DNA of 64,000 nucleotides from Ascidiella aspersa (Eukaryota): NCBI GenBank assembly GCA_963924565.1, contig OZ004607.1, positions 11,532,001 to 11,596,000 of the forward strand, read 5' to 3'. Shown piece by piece: positions 1 to 12,600 of this stretch (position 1 is its first letter; each line of letters starts with the position of its first letter). The notes under the pieces were generated by a model. It saw only the letters and a program-made list of their open reading frames with translations, ran no database searches and was not told where the DNA came from. The position numbers and the translations under genes were made by a program.

Positions 1-602
1 GTGCGAAAAATTGTCGCGCTTCGCGCGAATGATCCTTCTCCATTCGGTTTGTTTACGTTTTGACGCTGTCTTTTGAAATATAGATTAGCGCTTCTTTACC
101 GTTGTGCCGTGCACAACAAATATTGAAATATATTGGACATATATTTTTTAGAATTTTTTTATTTTTCATTGTCGGCAATGTAGGCTAATGAAAACTTGCA
201 AGAAATGGCGTTATACCAAAATAAAATCGCGCTTGCTTCGCTTGCCAGGTTTGCCCGGACTTTGAAAGGTTGACAAACACTCAACTAGATTAACTATTGT
301 TATTGCGTTTCCTCAAAGTAGTTTTATTACACTATTCATTAGTTGTATGGATGGCGATGTGTGGACTCGGATTTTAAACCAAACAAACGTATTTTATTCG
401 CGCTTTGTGCCAATAGTTAATTACTGCCTCCTTAAATGTAATTAAACACGTTTTTAGGCGCAAAAAAGAACCGAGCTCCGCCTGATTCAGGGTAGTTTTA
501 ACATTTTAATAACATAATTCTTAGTCAACATTTTGTGCGGCCCGCAGAGACCTTTCTGAATTTGGTTTTGGCCCGCGACTAAAAAAAGGTTGCCGACCCC
601 TG
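1..602. mobile_element. Non-autonomous hAT-like element (MITE family A), cut off by the window start
   Basis: It ends in the TIR GGTTGCCGACCCCTG (to 602). The body is the reverse-complement homologue of 49262-50040 and 53837-54477 (shared GCGGCCCGCAGAGACCTTTC...GGTTTTG.CCCGCGACT block). Confidence 0.85.
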
Positions 603-1030
603 GTTTAGAAGAAGTGGTAAATGAGGATCGATGATATACTGACACAAATCAGAAGATTTGATAAAATTTAACAGTCTGGAAAATGGGATACCTATATATA
701 CTTTTATAGTAATGAATAAGGCATTAGGGGTGTTTCTTATATCAAAGAAAAAAAAGTTTAATGTTCTTAATTCGTATCAAATATAATCATGTTTTTGAGC
801 AATGAAAGACACTTGTTTGTGTGAGAAAAATTTGTATCTGATTCCAATACTTCCACCAAAAACAAAAATGAACAAGGTATAATCATTCCAACAATAAATG
901 AGCTAATTTGGACATAGTCACAGTTTGCGGCAATACATGCTGACAGCACTTTTTATACAATATTTCGTAATTTATGTAATTGTACTCAGGCACAAAACGA
1001 TGTGCTAGCAGCTAGATCGATGCACAGAAC

Positions 1031-1349
1031 CAGGGACGCCGGAGAGGGAAGGGGGGACACGGGGGACAAGCGCCCCTCCTGCTCTTTGCTAAGGGGGGAA
1101 AGGGGGGGGGGGGGGCAAAAGTGCCCTTCAGGAGTAGGGCTTGAGCTACGGAAAAATGCAAAAAAATTCGTAAAATGACATGGTTGACATTTGTTAAAAA
1201 ATTTTTGGTACCATTTTAAGCCAATCTAGAGGGCGTGGCTGCAAAATTTTTCCCGGGGGATATTTTGGCTCGCTACGCTCGCCTGCGGTCTATGTTGCCC
1301 TTAACAAAAAAGTTGCCCTCCTTGCCCTGAAATCGCTCCGGCGTTTCTG
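1031..1349. mobile_element. G-rich MITE with 8-bp TSD (hAT-like)
   Basis: Imperfect TIRs CAGGGACGCCGGAG ... CTCCGGCGTTTCTG, flanked by CACAGAAC / TACAGAAC. Confidence 0.75.
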
Positions 1350-1517
1350 TACAGAACCTATAATAGGTCCACTTAAACTAGAAAATAATTAGTTTACAAA
1401 TTAACCTATTGAATTGTGATAAAATTGCTGATGGCGTCGAATAATATATTGGTATTTTGCTTTAAGTTGGATTGTACAGGGTTCATTATGGGGAGCTACA
1501 ATGGTGGTCCGCGAAGG

Positions 1518-4123
1518 TTAAAAGCCATTTCTAGAAGCAGTTTAAAACAATTTTCACTTTAACTATTCAAGTAACACAAGTGTTTTTTTTCAAAAGCAGT
1601 GTTTTTAACATGAATTGAATAGAGTGATACTAAGTGTTTTGTCTCACTTTATCATTAATCACTAAACCTATAATTTCTAATTACCTAAAACCGTGTAAGA
1701 ATGATTTATGGACTATAGATTTTCCTTTAAATCGGTATTTTTGTTTTTAAAATAGAATCCTCTAAATTTGTTTTCGTTTTTTGCTTAGTAGAAAACTTAC
1801 TTGCAAAAACAGGCCTTGTTGCATTTCGCCTCGTCCCAGCCCTTGCATAGGTTGGAGTGTGATTCGCAAAAGGCGTGCGGGCAAGTAAAGTTTTCCGGCA
1901 GCTCTACCGGATGGCTTCTGTCGCAAGAGTCGGGGGTCAAATCCTCGATGCAACAAGCGCAGCTACAGTAGGCGTTCATCTGAGCAAAAGCAATGCTATG
2001 AGTACTTAAATTGGTTGTGCTAGAAAGACATGTTGGTGGTATATATACACCTTTGTTTTACATATATATTCTCTGTTTTTTTCTGAATTAGATTAAGATT
2101 ATCGTTGGTCGAGCAGCTTCTGAAGGGCTAGATCTCAGTTGTTAACACACGTATGTGTGTGCATGTTTCATTGAATAAATGATATGGTACTGTGGATGCC
2201 CTTCAATATGAAGTTGCTTGTACTAACAGATTGAGCACGCATTGGCGTATGGTTGTTTCTCGACTCGCTCCTCTCCAAGCCTGTGTAGCTTAGCTGGTAG
2301 AGCGACGGTCCTGACTTGATCGTAGGTTGTGAGTTCGAACCTCACTACAGGCTAGTTGTTTTTGTAGCCTGTCCTGCTTGCATAGTTAATCGACAGGTTC
2401 ATTGAGTCTGCGATGGTACGTAAGCCTTAATCGTTAGTCGAAAGGCAGCTTCAGAAGGGCTAAATCTCAGTTGCTAACACACATATGTGTGTGCATGTTC
2501 ATTGAATTAGATTAGGATTGCAACAATATCTGATACGCGTGATAGTCGTAAGCTGGTGCCTGAAATATAGGTAAAAGACTACGGCAGAAGCAACCGAGTG
2601 GCTGGCAGATGTTGTTTCTCAGGTGCTTTGTAAGTTGGAAAGTGCTTTTTCAGTTTGGTAAGTAAATGAGAAAATCACTTGTTCGAAGAATGTTAGCCTT
2701 GGGCACGATTAACTATAATTGGCCAATCATGCTAATTTGTGAAAAAAATACACACGAATGTCGTAAATGTTTAATATTTTAGGGGGACCCACAGCAAACC
2801 TTTAAACTGCTTTATTGATTACGTATGATGATTTTTACGAGGTTTATTTGTGCGAATAAAGAGGATTACGTTAAGTTTTCTTTCGATTCGGCATCTACCT
2901 ATGTTTGTCGCCATTTGGCCTTCACACAATCAATCAATTGTTAAATACGCACTTCGTAGAATTCTATGTATTGTTCAAGTATCGTATCTCTTGCATTATA
3001 AACCAAAAGCTAGTTTTCGTAAAAAGAATCTTTTTTCATTTATATCTAAAAGAAACAGTGTTTTTCAAATTTGTAATTTGTTTCTTCGTAGCAAGTATAC
3101 TTGTATACCTTTTGTTAAATGAGTGACAATGTACAATACTTTAATAAATTTCACAATAAGTAAAAACATACTATGTTGTATTATTACACAATAAGTAAAT
3201 ACATACTATGTTGTATTATTATCAAAATTTTCTTGTGAACAATAAACTAGCCGACAAAAAAATGAATACATTTATTTGGTTAATCAACAAACCTTAAATA
3301 CTAGCTGTGCCGTTTCTTTCGTAATGTTTGCCGGATCTATCTTCATGTGAAAACTGTTTCCCAGATTGGTGATTTGACGCTTGACAGCCTAAAAATACAA
3401 ACATATTAAAGCTGTCAATAGTTTCCTGGCGTTTAAAGTATAGATATGTCCAGTTTAAAGAGTCAATTAAAACGCCAGTCGAATGGGGCATTTGAAAGAT
3501 GAATTAAATGCTGTTAAACTTAACATATTCCCCAACTTTCAACAACCGTGTCAGTAGAGTTTCGGCTTTCCATGTTGAATACCTAAACTTTTCGGGAAAG
3601 ACTGTGCAGTTTAGGCAATTTTTATATACGAGTAATGGGTTACCGCTACCAGAAATTACACAAAATTGTTAACGAGGTAGTGACAAGGTTAATTTTTATA
3701 TCAAAAAAACAATTTTACATGAGTAATAAAACGGTTAATGAAAACCGGCCAAAATTTGGCTTTATTAGAATTGAAATCAAAGGTCGTATAGGTCTACCTG
3801 TCTGGTGAGAACCGAAATGAAAGTTTTGTTTTCGTATTATTACCATTTTTCGAAGGGGAATGTTACATTCACTGAACGTTTTAACGATAAAGTTGGTCAT
3901 CTCAAGGCAAAACTCTAAAAAATACATTTTTATACTATAGTTATAAGATTTGTTCGAAGTCCTAATTGTTATCCCCTACCATTCGCCACACTTTCTTCCG
4001 GCGCACATCACTTACCTCATTCTCTAAATCGTACGTCTCCTCAATGTCCACTATGGCGGTCGGAGAACAGGAGATCAGCACCAAAGACCCGTAAAGTATC
4101 AGCAAAGTCAATGTGAGTCTCAT
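1518..4123 (-). CDS. Small secreted cysteine-rich protein of unknown family (~143 aa, 4 coding exons)
   Basis: Exons: 4123-3980 (MRLTLTLLILYGSLVLISCS signal peptide...RRKKVWRM), 3388-3293 (AVKRQITNLG...QLVFK), 1979-1801 (MNAYCSCACC...KACFC) and probably 1530-1518 (KNGF*). All introns are GT-AG with matching phases 0, 0, 2. The last exon is least certain. Confidence 0.7.
2084..2519 (+). mobile_element. tRNA-containing non-autonomous element with ~75-bp terminal direct repeats and an apparent 17-bp TSD
   Basis: Direct repeats at ~2101-2176 and ~2430-2506 (ATCGTT.GTCGA...GCAGCTTC.GAAGGGCTA.ATCTCAGTTG.TAACACAC.TATGTGTGTGCATG). Flanks are TGAATTAGATTAAGATT / TGAATTAGATTAGGATT. Confidence 0.65.
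2279..2353 (+). tRNA. tRNA-like cloverleaf (nominal anticodon GAC; atypical, probably a SINE/pseudo-tRNA head)
   Basis: Acceptor stem GCCTGTG/TACAGGC. D arm GCTT-AGCTGGTA-GAGC with A box. Anticodon arm ACGGTC-CTGACTT-GATCGT. T arm GTGAG-TTCGAAC-CTCAC with B box. A TTTTT Pol III terminator follows at 2359-2363. Confidence 0.7.
3153..3221. repeat. 35-bp tandem duplication
   Basis: CACAATAAGTAAA(A/T)ACATACTATGTTGTATTATTA occurs twice. Confidence 0.8.
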
Positions 4124-6654
4124 TTCGTCCGACGTTTCACAGGATGCAGTGCCAACGAACAATATTTGCTGAGAAAATCGAAAGCGAACTGAACACCAGA
4201 AATCTAAAAGCGGGTAAGCTTTATAAGCAAGTCTTAGCGCGACAAGCCGAACGAAATCGAATTGAGTGGTTGGTCGTACGGATAACCTGGCTTTATATAC
4301 GCCGTGGTCACATGGACGCCGACGCAATGCCGATGAACTTACACCGCGATGCTAAAAGAGCGTGCCTCTAGGCCAGCAGATGCCTTGGGTCATTGACTAA
4401 ATAAAGCTTTATCGCGCAGGCATCGCAAACGTCACGGCCTGAATTGACGCTCAGGTATTCGTGGGCGGCTCTTTTGTTTTCGCCGCCGCTTTTTAATCTT
4501 TTGAGGTTCTCATGGAAGGTATTCGGCGATTTTTAGCCGATAGTCGTGACTTTCTCGTCGGTACTAACGCGTGGGCGACGTGAGACCAGCGTGAAAGTGG
4601 CCTATATTCATTTATTTCGCCAGTCTGTTTTTGCGCCCTATAGTCGCACGCCCTTTATCGCCGGTTCGCACGAACATCGACAACAGCCTTCGGCTTTTTC
4701 GGGGCCCTGTGTTCCTCATATAGGTTCACTCTGACGCAAATCAAAACACAAATAAGGGCAAATTTTGCAGTTAGATATGTAGCCATGCAGTTGACATGGC
4801 TAAACGCGAAATCTGGGGTTTTCGGTTTCCACGTCGTGATCCATGACTGAGCACCTGGAAGTGAAACGGACTTACAATTCATGTACACTTAGCCAGCTCA
4901 TGCGAGGTTGAACTTTAGATAAGGTCGACATGGCTTTGTTCGCTGTGAGCCGCAAAAATCCTCTCTCTCTATTGCTTTCGTGAACTTGCGATGACTTTGG
5001 CACAACACGCAGTTTGTAACGTTGGCACAACAAGGTAAGTTCGCAGCTTAGTCATGACTCACAACATAACCCAGTTAAATTGATCACTGTTGGCAATCGG
5101 TTGACGATGCCGATGTGTCAGCATCATCACAAAATCCCCCTCAGTGCGGAAAATCCGATTCGCTCGTATATGCGTGACTTGTGTGTGCTACATGCTTATT
5201 ACGATGTTATATAAAGACTATAAAGGCATTAACGGTTTGTTGGTACTGCAGTGACAAGACATTTGTTAAAACTTGGTTACATTCGGTAGTGATTTACCGA
5301 AAACAATGTTGTTTTAGGGCATTTTCCATGTGCTTTATTACTGCGTTTAATGCACACTGCGTAAAATTAAATTGCCAAAAGTCGTGCACTAGTATGTTCA
5401 AGATCTGACAGTAAATCCATTTAGCTTTTTCGCAATAACCCCATGTTATTTTTGCAACTTCCAGATATGTGTTGTGCAGCAATCTACTTCTGGGCAAAAA
5501 GTATATATCTCCATCAGGAGCTATGAACTGTGCTTCTGATTAGTTTGGTGACACGGTTTTGACATAATTTGGTTTATTATTAGCACAAATTCAGCGTAGA
5601 TTAAAGTGTTTTAGGTACAATTTCGAAGATTGAAGACTTAAAGGTAGGGGACTGAACAAAAAATGAAGTCCCGAAAATTACAACAAACAAACAAATCGGA
5701 CGCGTACTACTACGCTGTATTTACAACGCGGACAGAAACATGCGAAAAACAGTATTTGATTGGATCGACTAACGTACAGTACGTAAGGCCATTCGCGCAG
5801 ATTCGTTTTACTGCCACACTGTGCCTTATTTATGGCTACTTCTTGTGCCCTCTTACTGATAACAATATATTTATTTACAAGTAACAGGAAAGAAAATAAA
5901 AATTATGCACTTTTTACAGAGATAAATAGGAAATCCTAATAAGGATAAAGCTCCGACACTATACAGGTGACGTCCCAAGAAAAAAAGATGTAAAATATAG
6001 TTTTTTAAGTTTAATGATCAACAAGCAGGTGTGCTACTTAAACAATATTTAGATAATTGAGTTGCTAAGAACGTCATAACTAATGATGTCACAAGCAAAA
6101 TGATGACGTATAGGCAGCATCGTGTCTTCGATTACATATAGGAAGGTGCGCAAAACGCTGGACGTTTTAAGACAGAAGGCTCGATTATTATCGAACGTTT
6201 AAAGAAACGAGGAGAGCAAATAAGTGTAACAGATTTTCTTGAGAGGTTAAGTGCATCTTTGAAGGCTGCAGATGGTTGTCGTCGTCGTATATTCCTTTAA
6301 ACAAAAACAAAAGTTCAACTGAAGAATTTTATATGCTGAGAATAATCGTGGTCTGCTCTTATGTCGTACCATCCACTGGAGACATTTAAACAAACGTTGA
6401 CTAATTTGAAAAACAAAAGCAGTGCAAAAATCTAAATAAGTCATATAGTGGAAATATAAACCTAGCCTTCTTTTTTCAGAACTAACTTTAACACTTAACT
6501 GCGCTGAATCGCTAATTGTCCCAATTAAACACGTTCCGGGCGTAAAATACTTGCCTTGATGGCAGGATGAGTTTATTTACATAGACAAGGTGTGTTTTCA
6601 GCACATGGTTAAACCATAAACTAGACTATATAAGAAATTCACTCACCCAAGGAT

Positions 6655-9600
6655 TCAGTCGAACATGGGTGACGACTCGACGATGTTAAAGGCCTTGCCG
6701 CCACCACCGCCCCAGCTGGTCACTTTCGGCTTGTTCGCTTGCCCATTCACCATAGGCGACGCGGTCTTGGCCACCGAAACGGCCGGCGGGCTCTTCGGGG
6801 TCGGCCTGACCCAGCTGGGCTTTTGAGCTGCCTGACTGGCCTTGCCGTTGGCCGACTTGGCCTGAAACATCGCCATCCGTTCCTTGATGCTCATGGGCCG
6901 CGATTCCGACTCGCTGGGTGCCTCTGACTGGGAAACGAGCGAGACCGGAGGCGGTCGGTTGACGCTTTTAAGCGAGTTAGCCACCCTCGTGATGTCAACG
7001 GCCGACGGCGCTTCTTTAGGGGTGATTTTGGGCGACGCCGGGGGAGTAGGAGTTGGCGCCGGTGCCTGGTTCGGCTCTGGATCGGAGTTCTTGCGCGCGA
7101 TCGCGGCTGCAACGGCGGCGCCGGAGATTCCAGCCAACGGCGAGTTTCTGATTTCTATAGGACATACAGTGAGTCAATTACTACTTCAAGCTGATCAAGC
7201 ACGAATGTGCTGAAGCTTGTTAATGTTGGTATACGTATTTTCGTTTAACAGCGAATTAAACAAGCACGGTTAAGAAAAAATGCAGTTAGTTAAATGTCCA
7301 AATAAAATCGTCATCTACGTCATCACTGACCCGGGAAAGACTGGAGACACTATATCTAAAGCAGTGATTCTCAAACTGCGTGCGTCGCGAAATGTTTTGT
7401 ATATTTAAAAAAAAAATAACATTTTTGTTTTACAAACAGTCTGGAAAAGCATTGCAATCTGAATGACATATATAAGCAAGCGTAATGTGCACTAAAAACC
7501 GACGATATTGAAATATTAACCTATTGGCTACCCATGTGTTAGGGACCATTTTAAATATAACATATTATTTTTTAGAGGATGTGCTGTGAATATTTTTTTT
7601 ATTTTTCGGGGTGTCAAAAGTCATTTGACAATCGCTGATCTAAACAGTAATAAGGTATACTTTTGGCAAATAAATTCATAGGATTCTTGCATGGAAAATG
7701 CCCAGGTATTCAGATTTATGATTCATAGGCAAATTCTCATGGACTTTAAGTTAGAATATATAACCTTTTTAGCCCTCGTGATGACAAATTGACAACTGAT
7801 ATATAGCTGTAGAGGTGCGTGGCTTATTTTTAAACATTAAATAAAACCAACAACGAACCTTCTCTTAAACCTGGGCTCACAGGGTCTTCCTCAGGCTCTT
7901 GAATTGCTTCCATGATCTCTTCAACAGCGTTATCCATGATTTCCTCTTTTATCTCATCTTTTATCTCTTCTGCAATCTCTTCCTTTACCTCTTCCACAAG
8001 CTGCTCTTTCAATGATTCTTCGTCGGCGGCAATCTGAATCTCATCGATGACAATCTCCGGGATGTCAACTTCTTCTTTAATCTGCTCCTTTATCTCTTCT
8101 TTCAACTCTGCGGCAACTTCTTCCATCACTTCTTCGCGAATTTCTTCTTTTATCTCCTCTTTCAGTTCTTCCTTTGTCTCCTCAGAAAGCCCTTCTATGA
8201 TGTCCTCCTTGATTTCTTGTTTCAATTCGTCCTTGATCTCCTCTTTAATGTCCTCCCTGATTTCTTCTTTAATGTCTTCCTTGATATCTTCTACAACTTC
8301 TTCCAATACTTCTTCTTTCAGCTCATCATCGTTCTGTTGATCAATTGCCTCCGCTATTTCTTCCTTAAGATCTGCGATCGCATCTTCGGCTTCCTCCTTC
8401 CTTTCTTCCTCATCAGCGGGAGGAGGAGGGAATATGATGGACGGTTTCTCTTCCTCCTCCTGGTGAAACAAATTACTTCGTATATTGCAGCTAAAACTGA
8501 TTGTAAACCAATAGAATACTGCGTTTACGGTGAAAACCTACGTGAGAAGTTCAACTTTGAAAGGAAACAAATTTATTGCGGGACTCGTGTAATCTGGCGT
8601 TGTTAGAAAAAATAGAAACCAGTTGACGTTATGTAATATTCTCAAAAAAACAATGTAATATTCTCAAGAAGCCAGTCATGCAATTTGTGTAAAACTACGG
8701 CTGGTCGCCAATCCTAAGAAAATCGAGAATAAACCCAATTTTATATGTAACCGTAACAGGTTTACTTAATGTACTTATATATTAGTTCATGTCTTGTCGA
8801 TCAATTGGTTTGAACACATAGTTAGGCAAGCAGGGGTCAAAAACTAGAAATCATTGGACGTTGTTGTAATATTCCAAAAAAAACAATAAACTTTATAAAC
8901 CAGTGATAAAAATCATATAAAATTACCGCTTTCTCCTCGGGTGTCTCGTGAACGGTCGCCTCGGCCTCGACCAAAGAGGAGGACGTTGATTTAGTTTCAA
9001 TATCTAAACAAAAGAACGATCGAATTTATTTTATGGAAGTAAAACACTATTAAACGCACCATCCAAGTGCCCACCTGCAATATTACGCTTTTGTGAAAAG
9101 TGAATAATACGTAGTTGGCTACTATAGGAAACTGGTTGACTTGGTATTTGAAAGGGGCCCCTTTAAATTTATGGATTCTTTTTATTTTACGCGGGCATGG
9201 TAAATAGGGAACCAAAACAAGAATAGCGTTTTTGTGTTAAACAACAAAAGCGTAAAACAAGGGCTAAAATGGCAGCGCAGTCGCAGAAGCTTCTATGCTG
9301 TGGGCGATGTCCAGCGCACCAAAAATAAACTTCATTCGAAGTATAGCTTTTAAGTGTCGATCGAACGCTGTAACCTGACAGGTTAAACCTTGAAGTCAAG
9401 GAAATTACCTGATTTTATTTCGGCAATTGCTTTCGCTGCGACCAGGGTTGCCACGATCTTTACACCCTTTGACTTGTAGTAGACGTCGGCTTTTTCGTCA
9501 ACCACTAAGAACGTAACCTACATAAAGGAATAGCACATGAATTGACAAGAAAAGGTCTGCTAAAATGACTCACAGCACTGGGCTACAAATTTGCAATGTC

Positions 9601-12600
9601 ATAGGCCTATGACCTGACTTAGCGTGTTTAAATCACAAGTTATAAGTTGGCCAGGCTTTTTGTTATGTCTCTTTTACCTTTTTTACTAAATACATATAAC
9701 ACGTTATAATTAAATTTAATTCGGGAAATATTGGATTGTGTGCGCCTTATCATTAACATTTACCCTGACACTACTACAAAATCTTGCTTACACCTGTGCG
9801 ACACCCTATTACAATTTATATTTCTACAACAAACTTGATTTTTTTTCTAAGCGCCGGTTACAAATATGTAATTACTGAATCCACAAATTACACAACGACG
9901 AACAAGTAAACAGTTTGTTTTACCATACCTTGGACCCGCTTGCTACCACCATCTTGACAACATCGTCGTGCGTTTTGGTGTCAATGTTTTCTCCATTGAT
10001 TTCAACTACCCTGTCGCCTAAAAATGTAATATAGTTGTGATCAGAAAAAGTTCGCCAAAACGTGTGCGACTAAAAAGATCAATGGTGCCCGGCGTGAAAA
10101 ACATTTGCAGCGTCTTAAAATTGATATATGTGTAATTGAAAGTTATAAGCAAATATGTAAAGTTTGTACCACGATGGGTTTGCTGGTAACGCCTAAAATC
10201 AGTTTAAAGGGCAACGTTTGTTTTAACATGCTTCACAAAAAAGAGTTTGCGTATTGCAGCTGTTGGCAAAACAGAAATTTTACCGAGTGAAGGTAATCAA
10301 AAAGCTTTAACTTGTTTACGGCCAAAGTACGAATCAATATCCAGTGATTTAGGTTACCCTGTATAGGTTAAAATTTAACGCTGCCGAAATTCATGGAGCC
10401 GAGTGAAAATAAGCTTAATTGCTTTAGGCGTTTCCGACGACGAGAGTAAACGAATGTGGTGTGATAATTAAAGACCCAGTAGCAAGAATTATTTTCCCTG
10501 TAGGATTGAGAATTGTTTTTAGCGAAATGCAATCTGAAATAGATAATACCCTATATGCAAATTTTCAAATTTTGGGATTCAAAAATATTATCACATTATC
10601 TCGTACTGTTGTATTATTTAAAATTTGTTTTGCTTTAGGGCGAGTAATAAGTGGTACAACCCGTCAAAACAAGTTTAAGTACTCGGGTAGGCTTTAGTAC
10701 ATTCTCAGTTCTCCCACGCACATAGCGAAGTCTGGCCGTTAAGAACTTTATGTAGTTTAAGGGCGTAATGTGAGAACATAATTGACTCGATTAAAATAGC
10801 ACACTTGAGGATTGCCGGCAAAATCGAAACTTGATTTAAAATTAAACATCAAAGAAAACACGCCTACATTTGGCTCTTTGCAAACACAATGAAATAGTTT
10901 CGTAATTGCATAAATACCATTCGGATTAAACTGCAGACTTCAATTATACGTATATAAGTGTATAAATGAAGGAGATGCATACTATGATGTAATCGAGCTA
11001 TTATTAAAACTCAGTTTATTTTAATAGTTTTTAATTTGCGATTTCAAAAGTAATAAAGGTAATTATAGAGAAAGACCAGATGTTACTTCTTAAGGAGTCA
11101 ACGTTGCGTTAAAAAATAATTTTTTTGTATGGTAAAATAAGTCTAGGATTTTCAGACACAACGACGTATTACGTCTAAAATTTCACCAGAGATCAGATTA
11201 AAGCTACCCCAAATTAGAATCGCTGAAAACCACAAAAATGTAAAAGTCTCCAACTGGCGAGGTTTTATGTAAATATGAATAAAATTTAAATAAAAGGGTA
11301 CGGTGATTTCGGCTAAAGGGTACGGTGATTTGTTTTTTTTTCTCTAAGTTGTCAAACAAAATTGCTGGAACACGTTATTCACCTTCTTTAGCGCCAGCTC
11401 TGTCGGCGACTCCTCCCTCTTTTAATTTCCTGATGTACTGGCCAGGGCGGCTGCCGCTTTCGCCGTTCAAGTGGAAACCATAGCCCTCTGAGCCCTTTTC
11501 CAGCACGCACAGACGCAGTCCTGCCTTCGCTTCGTCGTCGTCTTCCACTGCTATAACGCAAGGTGTGTTTTGTGTATTGATTAATCTAGTTTCAATGCAG
11601 ACTATACGTGCGTTGTTTGTGCCGGGAGGTGCAATGTGCCTTTGGCCTTTCACAAGTCACGTTGTACAAATCTATAACAGCTAGCTATCGATCAACACAG
11701 GTTTTCTATTAATCACCCGAAGTTCATGAGCAAATGCGATTCGCTTGACCCATATGGGTTCACGAGTATAGGCACAACATGTACACTACTTAGGCCATAA
11801 CTATTTTTGAATTAAAATAAATTTTTTTTTGGGGGGGGGCAGCGGAACATTTCCCTGCGCAAGCTGACTAACAGTCAAAGTAAACTATATTTGAAACTAA
11901 TACAGGGAAAATGTTTATTGATATGAACCTGAAATAAAAACAAAGTTGACCGACAGGCGTATAGACTAAAATATATGGACCTTAAATAAAGCATACCAAT
12001 GGAAAAGTGATAAATAAAGTCTACAAACTGTTTCACGAAACGAATTTTTCTATGACACTTCACGAAAAAACCTTTAACTAACCAGCAGCGGCAGCGGTGA
12101 GCAGGGCCGAAGACACAACAACAGCCTTGGCAGAAAAGTATTTCTTCTCTTCTTGGTCAATCACGAGGAAGGTCACTTTGTTTCCGGACGCACGAATTCT
12201 TGCAACCACCTAAATACCACGTGTAAAAAGTTTACAAATCAAGTGATAAATAACAAAACGATGCCACAAGATTAGACCAGGTATAATTTTCCTGGGCGAA
12301 GGAGAACGCAGTACGCTATAAATGCGTGATAAAAATATTATTATATTGATAAAAAAAATAGATCAGACTATAAATATTTTTTAAATTATAGTCTCGGTAT
12401 AATGTTGTATGCCTATAATCAGCTAAGTCGCTAAGAAGTAATCAGCTTAAGTCTATGAAGAACAGTATGCCAAAATGTACGCTCATATTTGTTGTTATTG
12501 ATTAACCAAATGTCTGGGCCATGTTGTTATGCAGCACAGCCAAACGTGCCGTGGCGATTCCATTTAGGAGAATTAACGGCTGTTACATTCCGATACTAAA

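Noticed and set aside
4144-4900. GC-richer stretch with short ORFs upstream of the Cys-rich gene
   Set aside because: No coherent frame or splice chain; more likely 5'UTR or promoter.
8047-8606. Plus-strand Ser-rich and Phe-rich ORFs
   Set aside because: Antisense shadows of the acidic repeat exon.
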